Assembly: GCF_018350175.1 (NCBI RefSeq)
Contig: NC_058368.1
Span: 126,792,001 to 126,856,000 of the forward strand
Length of the DNA: 64,000 nt
Reading direction: 5' to 3'
Source: Felis catus
Lineage: Eukaryota
Shown here: positions 37,068-48,720 of the stretch, in pieces
Layout: the number at the start of each line of letters is the position of its first letter
How positions within the stretch are numbered: the stretch's first letter is position 1
Notes under the pieces: model-generated
What the model was told of the DNA's origin: nothing
What the model saw: the letters and a program-made list of their open reading frames with translations, nothing else
Database searches by the model: none
Translations under genes and position numbers: made by a program

Positions 37068-37744
37068 TGGAACCTGGAAAGCTGGCGGAAAAACCAAGTG
37101 GCAGTCGGAGATCTTGGTGGATTGGAGATTTGTTTTACACTGGCGGGCTCAGAGGAGACTGTTTCTCCAAAGGTCTGAGCCCAGAATGCAAGCGGGGAGG
37201 GTAATTTATAGCCGACAGCCTCCATATCTGTGGGGGTTTTCACATGCACAGCAAAGGAAGAAGAAACCAGACAAGGGGTCTCTAAGCTAGAGACCAGAGT
37301 TTGTTTTAGTCCAATCAGACATATTTGGTGTACTTTATCCACTTCTCCAACAGTTCCATTACACTAACTAACCAGACACAGAAAAGAAGAAAAGACTGGT
37401 GGGAGAGAAGAAAGAAAAGACAGAAACCTAGGCCCTGAAAGGCTAATTTGAATAGTTTCAAGAACTTGTTGATGGGTAGATGTTCTATCAACATTTCTGT
37501 CAGGCAAGACCCATGCATGCCAGAGATGACCAGCAATTATTTGAAAACAAAGAATAAAAAGGTAAAGGTATGTTATTATATTTATAGTCATTCCTAAATA
37601 TTTTATTATATCTTAAATACATTTCATCATTAATCTCAAGGTATCCAAACTACTTCTTTGGTCTTGTCAGTCTACTTCTTTGAACTCCCAGATCAGTTTT
37701 ATTCTACTCTGCCATGTCTTGTCATCTAGAGAAAAGGACAGATC

Positions 37745-37820
37745 TTTCAGATAAAAGCCACTCCCTCCCACCCCCCGCCCCACCCTGAGAACTCGGGAAA
37801 TGAAAAAAAGATATAAATCC
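37745..37820 (+). promoter_or_regulatory. Promoter-like motif set and G4 motif
   Basis: AGATAA, CACCC and GC boxes 37763-37785, TATAAAT 37812-37818. Confidence 0.25.
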
Positions 37821-38594
37821 GCATTTAGTTTCATGCCTCAACCCTCTTTTGCACTCAATTTATCCCCACATTGGGAGTTCTGGGAACATTTTTTTTCCAA
37901 TTCTTCAGAGGTATGATTCCAGTGAGAGAGGGAAAAAAAAAAAAAAGAAACGATCAAAAGTTCTCTCAAAGTCCAGGGTTATTTCTAATTCAAAGCAAGG
38001 AATTTCTTTACAAAATTTCTTTCTTTTTTTTTTTTTTTTTTTTTTTTTTGGTCACTCCATGACTGCTCCTCCTGTCATTCAAAACCTCTACTCTCATAAT
38101 TTGAATGCAGGCTGCATTCTCTGGTGACCATTGTCATTGAAATTTCTTTAGTGGGTTGTCAGGAGGAGAGAGAATCCTCCTGAGTCTCAGCCCCACTGTC
38201 TCTGGCTGCCTTGAGTGTGGACATCACCATGGTAACATAAGCAGGTAAAGAGCAGTGTTATTATTCCCTGATGGGGTGAGGCTGCAGGAAGGGCCTGAGT
38301 TCCCAAACTCATCCTCTCCAACATCTGTTAGGCCTCTCACCATCTCTTGTGCAGGAAGTCACTCTCTCCCTCCTAGAGTCCAGACTTCATTCAACACACT
38401 GGAAAATATTATATGTAAAATAAACATATCAGTGAGTCACTAGCTACTCATCAGAGCATTCCTCAAACACAATATAGGCCTAAAACAGAGCCGTAAGGGA
38501 AAGGAGGAAGCTAAGGATTTGAAATCTTTTTTCCAAATGTCAATCTTTCAATCCCTCAAATAAATAAATGAAAGCTAGAAAGACCTTAGGTTTT

Positions 38595-38677
38595 AAAGAA
38601 ATTGTGGCATGTAAAAAAAAAAGAAAAAAAAAAGAAAAAAAAAAGAAAAAAAAAAGAAAAAAAAAAGAAAAAAAAAA
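38595..38677 (+). other. Orphan retro-insertion: 18 nt plus (A10G)n tail
   Basis: TSD agaaagacctt(a/t)ggtttt at 38577-38594 and 38678-38695. Confidence 0.8.
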
Positions 38678-38756
38678 AGAAAGACCTTTGGTTTTGTGTG
38701 GTATATTTGTGTCCTTAAGACTTTCGATATTTTACTTTAAATATTATCAAATTTCT

Positions 38757-38962
38757 AAAAAAAATTTAATGTTTATACATTTTTGACAGAGAGATACAAA
38801 GACAGGGAAGGGCAGAGAGAGAGAGGGAGACAGAATCTGAAGCAGGTTCCAGGCTCTGAGCTGTCAGCACAGAGCCCGACATGAGGCTGGAACTCACAGA
38901 CCACAAGATCATGACCTGAGCTGAAGTCAGGCGCTTAACTGACTGAGGCACCCAAGTGCCCC
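38757..38962 (-). mobile_element. CanSINE
   Basis: Antisense body; flanks share attatcaaa(t/a)ttct. Confidence 0.94.
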
Positions 38963-39632
38963 AAATAATTATCAAAATTCTAAAGAGTATTAGAGTTTCT
39001 TGTTACTCATAATGAATGGACTACAGTTAGGCAGAAGAGAACAGTACCCACGTTTTGAGAGGAAATCTGAAAAAAATTAACACAGTTTGCTTCCTTTCTA
39101 AGAGTTTACTCTCTCCTTTGCCTCAGAGAAAGTGAAAATTCCTACATTGGCAAATTTCACTGAAAACAGGTTGTTAGTTTTTTTCATTCAAACTTCGAGC
39201 TTGGTATGAGACAGTACTGCACTGTGTTAATACCTAGCTATGAAACTGTGGTCAGGTTAATAACTTACTAAATTAGGGAGAATTGAGTAATGTTGGTTGA
39301 GTTACCCATCTCTCTAAATAGGAAAACTGCTGTAACTACAGTATTATCACTAACTCACTATGTCCATGAGCAAATCAATCATCACACCTTAATCCCCTCC
39401 CCTCCCCGCCAATATCAAATTAAGGTTACACTCTTGCTTTCCTATTTATCTCCTGGCCATGTTCCTCAGCATTTTGTTCTTTAGGGTCATAACTTCAGAC
39501 AACAGTCATACCCAGGATGCATTGCCACAAGCAAGATGGCTGGCTAAAGGACTGAGCAAGTTAGATTGCAGTTTATGTTCAATTCCCCCAAGTACCACTA
39601 ACTCCTACTCTTTCTGAGACCAGATTTAACAG

Positions 39633-40186
39633 TGTGGTAGGTAGCCCCGGTAATTCCTGGCCTCACAGTAGGCACACCATTGCACAATTCTCTCCCCTTA
39701 GGTGTAGACTGAACCTGGTGACTCTCCTCTAACAAAAAGAACATGGCAAAAGTTCTAAGATATCACTTCTGAGACTACATGACAAAAACATTGTGTCTTG
39801 CTCCTCCCTCTTGCTCTCCATTTTACTCACTCTGATCATGCTATATGGTACCCTGTGCAGAGGTCCACAGGGAAATGAACTGAGGGAGGCTCCCAGCTAA
39901 CAAAGGATCAAGACTTTCAAACCCCATTAGGAACAGAGTCCTGCCAACAAGCATGTGAGTGAGCTTGGAAGTGAATCCTACTGCTTTCCAGTTGAGCCTT
40001 CAGATAAGAGCACTGCTCTGGCCAACACTTTGATCACAGCCTTTTGAGAGACCACGAGGCAGGTGTACCTCACTAAGCAATGACTGGATTCCTGACCCAC
40101 AGAAACTCTGAGCTTGTAAGGGGGTATTGATTTAAGCCACTAATTTTTGGGATAACTTTCATGTGTAACAATAGATAACTAATAAC
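39633..40186 (+). mobile_element. MaLR solo LTR (MLT1F-like), near full length
   Basis: tgtggtagg start; catgtgagtgagcttggaagtg; gattcctgacccacagaaact; caatagataactaata end. Confidence 0.85.
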
Positions 40187-40223
40187 CAATACGGTCAAAA
40201 ATCATGATACAGTACGTTCAATG

Positions 40224-40480
40224 AAGTGGTGGTTTGCAAATGTCTATGTCTCTAATGGTTATAACTCACTTTAGTGTGGTACTGAGCTTCAAGGAGCATT
40301 TTTTAATGAAACAGAATGAAATGAAATGGAATGGAATAGAAAATATATCAGAACTTGTAAGTGTTAAAAATAAACATTGCCTTATAAAACTTTTATTTTA
40401 TAAATACATTTCATACACTAGGTCATGTTATAAAATGTACGTGTTAATATGAATTGAACAAAAAATGTTTGAAAGACACA
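40224..40480. mobile_element. hAT-Charlie MITE (MER112-like)
   Basis: gcattttttaatgaaacagaat...gaaaatatatcaga...aaaaatgtttgaaagacac. Confidence 0.6.
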
Positions 40481-40529
40481 ATCCTAAAGGGCAACTGTAA
40501 AAATCAAACAAGAAAGAAAATTAAACTTT

Positions 40530-40876
40530 TGCTGTGGTCTGATTGTGTTTTCCCCAAATTCATAAGTTGGAATCCCAATGTAATGTGATATCAGAAAATC
40601 ACATGGGTGGAACTCTCACAAAAGGGATTATTGCTCCAATAAAAGACACACACACACACTCCACCCATCCCCTCACCCCTCACCAGAGTTCCCTGGCCCC
40701 TTCCACCATGTGAGGATACAATGAGAAATCTGTAACTTAGATGGCCATCTTCACTGGAACATGCTATGCTGGAGCCAGAATTCTAGCCTCCAGAACTGTG
40801 AGAAATGAACTTTGTCTTGTTTATAAGCCACCTGGTCTGTGGTATTTAGTTACAGATACCCAAATGGATTAAGACA
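40530..40876 (+). mobile_element. MaLR solo LTR (MLT1A-like)
   Basis: tgctgtggtctga ... ctagcctccagaactgtgagaaat ... taagaca; 5-bp TSD acttt/actct. Confidence 0.85.
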
Positions 40877-41039
40877 ACTCTCTTCCCCTCTGCAAACGAA
40901 ATGTTGAGACTTGGATCAAGTCATACTCCTCTCTAAAGATTTCTGTCACCACATCAGCCTAATGGCTTTCTCCACCCCCTCTTGGAGTATAAGGCCTGTA
41001 AGAATCCAGTGTCAATAGCAATAAGTTACATTAATTTAT

Positions 41040-41190
41040 TATTTATTGTTTATTATTTATTATTTATTGCTCAGCTTGGAGTATTTCTCCTGCAATAATA
41101 GCACTATTCTTGAGAGCAGGAGCTGTGATTCACTTCTCTGTGTTCTCCATAGTATATACTGTGGCAAGTGTAAAACATGTGAAGAAGTTT
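41040..41190 (+). mobile_element. L2 3' fragment
   Basis: tcttgagagcaggagctgtg...ctctgtgttctccatag. Confidence 0.45.
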
Positions 41191-41265
41191 TTGGATCACC
41201 TTTGATGATGGAGGTTGATTATGAAAGAACGCAGGAATGAGGAGGAACACTATAATTTGTCTCCT

Positions 41266-41742
41266 TGTGTTAGGTTGAAAAACAGTACCCTTCAGAGAGA
41301 TCCATATTCTAATCCCTGGAGCCTGGAAATGTTACTTTATATGGAAATAAGATCTTTCCATATGAGATTAAGTTAAGGATCTTTAGATGAGGTGATTATC
41401 CTGTTTTATCAGAGTGAGTCCTAAATGCAATCACATACATTATTTTAAATGGGAGGCTGAGGGACATAATGCACAGATAAAGGAGAAAATCATTGTGACT
41501 TCAGAGATAGAGATTGTACTAATACAGCCCCAAAGCAAAAAGTGCTAGTAGCCATCAGGCTTGAAGAAGTAAGAAGAGCCTCCCGAGGGAGCAAGCACAG
41601 CCCTGGTTCCAATACTTTGCTTTCGACCTAGCAGATACTGATTTTGTACATCTAGACTCCAAAACTGACAGAGAATACATTCCTATTATTATGCCATCTA
41701 GTTTGTGGTAATTTGCTACAGTAGACACAAGAAATCTATACA
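41266..41742 (+). mobile_element. MaLR solo LTR (MLT1D-like)
   Basis: ctaatccctggagcctggaaatgttac, gattaagttaaggatctt, agtttgtggtaatttgctacag. Confidence 0.85.
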
Positions 41743-42017
41743 CTTAATACCACCTTTACCTTTGTGCCCCAGAATATCCAATATTATGATGTACAGCAGG
41801 CATTACTAGTCTCAACAATGTTTCTTCAGGAAACATTCCTATTTATTGAGAAATTTCAAGGAAAATAGCCAAAGAGGCAGTGACCAACTTTCTTCCCAAG
41901 GAGGAGATTAGGCTGGGTTGGTTGGTGCCACATAATATGTGTAACTCTAATAGGCAGTCCTCTGGACAAATTATCTTGAATGCAAGTGGACTTTCCCATA
42001 CGGTAACTATGAGGTCA

Positions 42018-42320
42018 TGCTAGTCTTGATCAGGTTACCTAGAAGCAGATCCTAAGACAGGTATTCTCATTCAAATAATGGATTGAGGGATGCTGTCAGG
42101 GTAAGGGGAGTAAGAGAAGCAGAACAGTTGGGGCGAAACAGAGGTAGATGTGGCCTAAGCCATAGACTAGTTTCAGCCTGATTCTATGGAAACTTGTTAC
42201 ACCAAAAAGTTGGTCCCACCATGAGGCAAGGGTGCCAGCCTTTGTATCCCCAACCTGCCACTCAATGATTGAGAGATGGGAAGATGGGAGAAGAAATAAT
42301 GACCTCCCAAGCAAAGAGCA
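42018..42320 (-). mobile_element. Old ERVL-type LTR fragment
   Basis: caggttacctagaagcagatcctaagacagg; gaggcaagggtgccagcctttgtatccc. Confidence 0.5.
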
Positions 42321-42334
42321 ATAATAATTATTAT

Positions 42335-42576
42335 ATATTATTTATTTATTTATTTATTTATTTAAAGACCATGCATGAGTGTGAGCACATGTGCATAATT
42401 GAGCAAGGGAGGAACAGAGAGAGGGAGGGAGAGACAGAGGGAGAGAGAATTCCAAGCAGGCCCTGTGTCATCAACCCAGAGCCAGACACAGAGCTCAGTT
42501 GTAGGAACTGTAAAATCATGACCGGGACCGAAATCAAGAAATGGATGCTCAACCGACTGAGCCACCCAGATGCCTC
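42335..42576 (-). mobile_element. CanSINE
   Basis: (TTTA)n tail, GA tract, ends ctgagccacccagatgcctc. Confidence 0.92.
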
Positions 42577-43840
42577 TGAATATTATTTACTCACTCTGAG
42601 TGTGAACTCTGGATTCCCTTAGGCTGTTGCACAGAGTGGCAACCTAGTAAATCTCAATCTGGCTTCAGAAACAAACCTGACCTTCAGTAGAGTAAAGGTG
42701 GGATGATATTCAGGTCAAAGAAAGCCTTTACAAGATATGACATAAAGGTGGCAACATGTACATATAGGCCTGTGGAAGGACCTCACCATAGCAGGTAAAT
42801 CTACAAACTGAGGGAAGCAGAATCTGAGGGCATTTGTGACCACACCAGGATCCTTGTTTGAGCCCAGGATGAAAAGCATGATCCAAACATGGCCTATATG
42901 GAAACATAGCTATTTTATTGGGTCTTCAGACAGAAAGGGTGAAATGGCAAAGTATCCAAAGAGGCGTGAATTCTACCCTTCATGCAGGAAATGACCTGCA
43001 AAGCCTTGATTTTGATCATTTAAATCCAACACTTCCGAACAGGTCCCTGAAACTTAGAAAATGCCTCATGACTCTTCAAAACATTTCTTAGACATGCTAG
43101 ACTGCCTCATTGCTGAAGTCAGCTGGTGCAAGAGGGTGGGCAGAGACAGGGGCAGTGAGGGAGGGAAACAAGGGGGGGCTAGCTACACACGTCTACTGGC
43201 CCAGTCTCAGGGGCCCCCCCACACCCCGGCAGCCCTGTACCCAATTCCCTCAGCTCTGTCCTTAACTAGCATTTCCCAGGCAGATCCTTGGGTTTCCTGT
43301 CTTGGGAAAGACAGATGGGAGAGAAAGAAGAGGAAACAGACAGAGAGAGAGATGAATGAAATAACACTGCAGGCCTTTTTTATGACATTTTCAAATAGTA
43401 AAACACCAAAAAGTCATCCACCAAACTACTATTTCACAAATGAAAGCCATTTGAATAATAATGATAATTTTAAAAAAACATATGATGTCAGAATAACAGG
43501 CCATCCTTTAAGGTGAAGAGATTTCATTTTAAGGAAAAACTCATTACCTTATGCTTACTTTTTTCATTTTACCTTCTGACAGCCAGGATTTGAGACCACA
43601 GGCCATTTAAGCTCTCTTCTTCTCATACACATTGAAAACAGCTGGGCCCCTTCCGACCCAACACAAATGAAGAACAAATGAAATACGTGCTCCAAATAAA
43701 GGATGTGCAAAAGTCACGGAAACTCTTCAACCAACTGTTCCCCAGTCGAGTTCTGTTTAATACCCTAGAGAGAGTCTCATGATTTTGGTAGGCCTGCTAG
43801 AAAAAGTTTCAATAACCCACAACAAATTAAAGTTTAGCTC

Positions 43841-44060
43841 TTTTTTTGTTCGTTTGTTTGTTTTGAGAGAGACAGGGACAGAGACAGAGAGTGAGTGCAG
43901 GGGAGGGGCGGAGAAAGATAGAGAAAGGGAATCCCAACAGGCTCCACACTGTCTGTGGGTGGAGCTAGATGCGGGAGTCAAACTCATGAACTCTGAGATC
44001 ATGACCTGAGCCAAAATCAAGAGGTGAACACTTAACCAACTGAGCCACCAAGGCCCCCCC
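43841..44060 (-). mobile_element. CanSINE
   Basis: Degenerate TSD aaagtttagctc/aaagttaagttc at 43829-43840 and 44061-44072. Confidence 0.92.
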
Positions 44061-44199
44061 AAAGTTAAGTTCCTATTCTACGTGTTTCTATTATTTAACA
44101 CTTTAAAAAATAAATACGACGTTCAACATTTATTGGGTAATTGGCTATATGTCAGATGCTGTGCCAAGACATGGGGAAATAAATATGCACTTTCCTCAT

Positions 44200-44712
44200 A
44201 TTTAAAAATTAAGATATAATTTATATACAATACAACACATATTTTCTTACTGTGTATTCTAGGAGTTGGACAAATAGGCTGGATATCCATCACCACAATG
44301 AAGATACAGAACAGTTTCATCCACTCCAAAATCTCCCCTTTGTAGTTAACTCTTTCCCTCAGCCCCAATTCCTGGAAACCATTGATCTGTTTTCTGTGCC
44401 CACAGTTCTGCCTTTTCCAGAAAGTCCATATAATAATTCTTCAGATTTCATATGAGTGGAATCATAAAGGAGATAGCTGTTTGAGTAGATAGCATCGTAT
44501 ACCTGACATTCTTCTGTTATGTTTATTCAGCAATCCCTTCATTGTTACTGCAAAGTACAATGCACTTTGTCTATGTGTTTATCAGTTGAGGGACAGTTGG
44601 GTTGTTTTCATTTAGGGGGTACAGAAACTAAAATAACACTACTATGAACATTCACATTGGGCATACTCATAATATTGTGCAACCATCACCACTATTTCAT
44701 TTCAGAATATTA
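44200..44712 (-). mobile_element. L1MB-like 3' end
   Basis: caccacaatgaagatacagaacagtttcatc; cctggaaaccattgatctgttttctg; ttgggttgttttca. Confidence 0.8.
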
Positions 44713-44718
44713 GACAGG

Positions 44719-44810
44719 GATGATGATTAATTTTGTGTGTCATGTTGACTGGATCGTGGGTACCAAGACAGTCTGGATGTTTCTATGAGGATGTTTTTGA
44801 ATTGAAATCC
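44719..44810 (+). mobile_element. MLT2 (ERVL) LTR 5' fragment
   Basis: tgatgattaattttgtgtgtcatgttgactgg...tctggatgtttctatgaggatgtttt. Confidence 0.65.
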
Positions 44811-46085
44811 ACGGTAAGAGAACTCCTTTCAGATTTTAAAACCTCTATCCAGTGGATCTGGACAGATTTGAGAGGAAAAGCCAGAAAGAGCCATATAAAA
44901 TACTCATAAGCATAACTTGATGAATTAAGAGGTTACAGTCATTGGAGCATTGCCTGCACCTCAAAGCAGCATGACCAAGAAATGTGTAGCATTAAGATTC
45001 TAAAAGAAAGTTTTGCAAAGACAGGAAGAGAACCAGGAAAGACATGTACAGACTGAACCCAGGCCTGAGCTAAATTCTGCTCTCATGGAAGAATATCTCT
45101 TAGAAGGGATTACCCAACTCACACAGGAGAAGTTAAACAAGATTTATATAAAATAAGGGATTTTTTTTTGATGGACCCAGAAGGTATTGATTTTATATTT
45201 TTCATTACTAGATAGCCCATAACACAAGATACAGAGGAGTGTGATTGAAAACAAATGTCTGGACCAGAAGGCAAAGAATATGTGAAATGAAGGCAGTCTC
45301 TTAATTCTAGCAAACAATCTGAAAAAGAATGAGAGCAGCTTGAGAAAGAGAGTCAACTGTTAGGGATCAATTGAACGTTCCCCAAAGTAGAAGGGAAGCA
45401 ACAAAGAAGGGGAGCACTAGAGGTGTAGCCAGGATGGCAGAGAGAGGTCAAAGAGAAAATGCTACTCAAGTCTGGAAATCCAAGAGCAAAGAGAAAAGAG
45501 CAAAAGAGGGCCTGGAGGTGTACTCAGCAGAGGCACATTTCTGGTCTCTCACCCCCTGGGGACACAAGCTTCAGTAGCATCAATAGCAACTTCGCCCAGA
45601 AACCTGTTTGGCTATGATTCTCCAAATACAACAAATATGAGAAGGAGGGACCTTCTCCAGAAAGCAGATTTTGAACTTTAGACTTTCAGGCCATTAACAG
45701 GAGATCTGAGTTTGAATATTAAGACTTTTTTGAATTGGATCTTCTCAAATATTTTTTGAACTTTATGTTCTTTTCACAAATTTGACAACATGATGGGATT
45801 TGTTATTGTTGTTGTTTTAAGTTTTATTTTGAGAGGGAGAGGGAGGGAGGGGTGGGAGGGAGAGAATGAGAACGAGGAGGAAAAGGGCAGAGAGAGAGGG
45901 GGAGAGAGAATCCCAAGCAGGCTCTGGCTCTGTGCTGACGGCATAGAGCCCAATATGGGACTAGATGTCATGAACCATGGGATTAGGAACTGAGCTGAAA
46001 GTGATGCCTAACTGATTGAGCCACCCAGGCACCCAAGGGATTTGTATTCAAATCTGGGGTATGTGGCATGGCCAGAGGTTTAGTG
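44811..46085 (+). mobile_element. Possible decayed MaLR internal region
   Basis: Purine-rich decayed-coding texture; attaagacttttt...gatgggatttg...ggccagagg resembles an MLT-int 3' end; weak. Confidence 0.3.
45805..46035 (-). mobile_element. CanSINE
   Basis: Flanks share gggatttgt (45795, 46037). Confidence 0.9.
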
Positions 46086-46436
46086 TAAGAGCTACTTGAT
46101 GCATTTTATATCAATATTTCCATTTGCTCTCTGGACAGATCATCTGAGGTAATGTGGGACAAAGCAGTCAGACAGAACAGGCTAGGAAATAGACAACTGG
46201 GTGAATCCCAGTCTTGGTATAGAATGGTCTTGGATTTAATTAATACTGACCTATTTTAGAACCATCTATAAGCACATACATAACAATATGCTGGATGTGC
46301 AAATATAACAAAGCCAAAAGGAGAAAAGGAGTTGGACCTGAGGGAGGGAGGGAAGTGGACAGAGAGAGAACAGAAGGTGCCAAACACAGCAAAAACCCAG
46401 AAACCTTTGAATTCAGAAATGAAAGACAGCGATTTA

Positions 46437-46664
46437 TTTTTTTTTATTTATTAAAATTTTTTTTAATGTTTACTTATTTTTGAGAGAGATACAGAGTGTG
46501 AGTGGGGGAGGAGCAGAGAGAGAGGGCGAGACAGAATCCAAAGCAGGCTCTAGGCTCTGAGCTGTCAGCACAGAGCCCGACGTGGGGCTTAGACCCACAA
46601 ACTGCAAGATCATGACCTGAGCCCAAAGTCACTTGCTTTAACAACTGAGCCACCCAGGCACTCC
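46437..46664 (-). mobile_element. CanSINE
   Basis: TSD tgaaag(a/g)cagc(g/a)attta at 46420-46436 and 46665-46681. Confidence 0.95.
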
Positions 46665-46782
46665 TGAAAGGCAGCAATTTAAAATCACAAATAATGGAAA
46701 GCACCCACAACAATAATAAATGAAAGTTGTTTAGATGCAAAAGCCCGACAAAAAATAAATGAGTGGAGGTTGCTTGAGGGAT

Positions 46783-47217
46783 TGTATTGGTCAGGGTCCT
46801 CCAGAGAAAGAGAACCAATAGGATATATAGAGACACCTATCTATGAGGTGATTTATTATAGAAACTGGCTAAAGTAATTATGGAGGCCAAGTCTTATAAT
46901 CTGCTGTCTGCAAGTTGGAGAACCAGGAAATCAGGTGGTGTGATTCAGTCCAAGTCCTTTGAACCAGGAGGACTGATGTCCAGCTCAAACAGAGAAACAA
47001 ATTTGCACTTCCTCTACCTTTTTGGTCTATTCAGGCACTCAACCATTTGGATGGTGCCCAACCACATTCAGGATGGTTATCTGTTTCACTCAGTTCACCA
47101 ATTCAAATGCGACTGTCTTACAGAACACCCTCATAGATACATCCAAAAATCGTGTTTTACCAGCTAACTGGGCATCCCTTAGTCCAGTAAAGTTGACACA
47201 TAAAGGCAACCATCACA
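46783..47217 (-). mobile_element. MLT2 (ERVL) solo LTR (MLT2B-like)
   Basis: tgtattggtcagggtcctccagagaaagagaaccaataggat ... aagttgacacataaaggcaaccatcaca. Confidence 0.9.
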
Positions 47218-47383
47218 GGTGTATTAAAAAATTCAGAGCAAGCAGTTTACCACCAAGGTTATATTAACCTTATTCTGATTATTTTATACTACCTTTCCAC
47301 CAAAGAGTAAAATGGAAGAAGGCAGTCCAATCTTAATTGTTTTCCCCCTCTCTCTTAGACAACTAAATGCAGAAAAGAAAAGT

Positions 47384-47384
<1 letters not shown>

Positions 47385-47428
<44 letters not shown>
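47385..47428. repeat. (CA)n microsatellite
   Basis: Seen directly. Confidence 0.97.
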
Positions 47429-47431
<3 letters not shown>

Positions 47432-48264
47432 GGAGAAATATCCTTTTTGCTAAAGGGAGTGGAGCTTAACAGAAAGTCACAGGACCTCTTTGTTCAGAGC
47501 AACATGGCCCCAATGATACACACAACCACAAGACTAGGTGAAGCCTCACTGATAAAATGAATTCCTGCAAGATAAAAGATCAGATATTACGTGTCCAAAC
47601 TGCAACCCACATGAAATAAAATTAAAAAGCAAAAGGGAAACCAAAGCAATTTCTGATTTTGGACTATACGATATGCCATTACTGCAGCAAAGAAAACTCA
47701 GATGACAAATAACCTGACTGGCTGGTGACAGAGGTACAGTGGCTTATGCCAAGTGGTGCTTCAGTGTGGTGCCTGGACTCTTACACAGACCTTCTCTGTG
47801 TATGTCCTTCAACCAGGGGAATCACCACTGATCTTATAAAGGAGAGAATCCCTTTGCTGCTTTTCTCCTCTTCCAACAAGAAAGGACTCTAATCAGAAGG
47901 GGTCATCTAAGTATTGTTATTAGATAGGTAATATCTAATACCTTCTTAATGGATTATAAAACCTAAAACATTTGTCATTCCATCTGCCAAACCAGAGTTA
48001 GTTACTTCCATGAGTCACAATAAGATTTTAATATATGAGTTTGCCAGTGAGGAAAACATAAGGTAATATTACCTCACCCCCTTTTTTTTATTTATCCACA
48101 GCCTGGGAGTTTGGAAGCTGGCTATACTTCATCTTGAAATGATGCCCAGATACATCTATAACAAAAGGAAACTCTTGGGTAAAACATTTCTCTTCCTTTT
48201 CCCTGAAGTCCTTCCTGTATTAGGGTTAACTTTCTTCATGAAGACTTATTGTCCATTTTGTAGC

Positions 48265-48360
48265 TAGGGCAGCCATATAATTTATGGTCAAACAGGGACA
48301 CCGGATGTAAAAGGGGGCAATGGGAACATACCAAGATTCCAGGCAAACCTGGTCACCACA
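48265..48360. mobile_element. hAT-Blackjack MITE (MER94-like)
   Basis: tagggcagccatataatttatggtcaaacagggacac ... tggtcacc. Confidence 0.65.
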
Positions 48361-48434
48361 TGTATGACATTTCCTCGATGACCTTGTTATGTTAATGGCT
48401 TGTTTTATGAGCATCATGCATTATTAATTATGCA

Positions 48435-48720
48435 TTAAGTTCTGAGTCAAGTTTTTCTGGATGAAAATAGCTGAGACACCTTAAACTACCTTAAGCCAAA
48501 AGACAAAGGGGAGAAGATTTATTTTAAGTGTGTGGACAATCCCATGCAATCTGAGAGCAGAAAGCACAGCAGGTCTCACGAGACACTTGTGGAGCCAGAG
48601 CCTAGGACAGTGTTGGGAACCAAGGATGTGCACCAGTTGGTGGTCTAACTACTCTCTCATCTCCACTTGTCTCTGCTCATCTATTTAATTCTTCTCTTTA
48701 CTCGAGAGTACAAATAACAT
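48435..48720 (-). mobile_element. Old MaLR LTR fragment (MLT1K/L-like)
   Basis: tgagtcaagtttttctgg...aaactaccttaagccaaaag...atttatt. Confidence 0.45.

Noticed and set aside
43061..43516. 151-aa ORF
   Set aside because: No recognisable homology, and it crosses low-complexity GA-rich sequence.
32059..46664. Inversion mediated by the two similar inverted SINEs
   Set aside because: Each SINE keeps its own matching TSD pair; recombination between them would have exchanged flanks.
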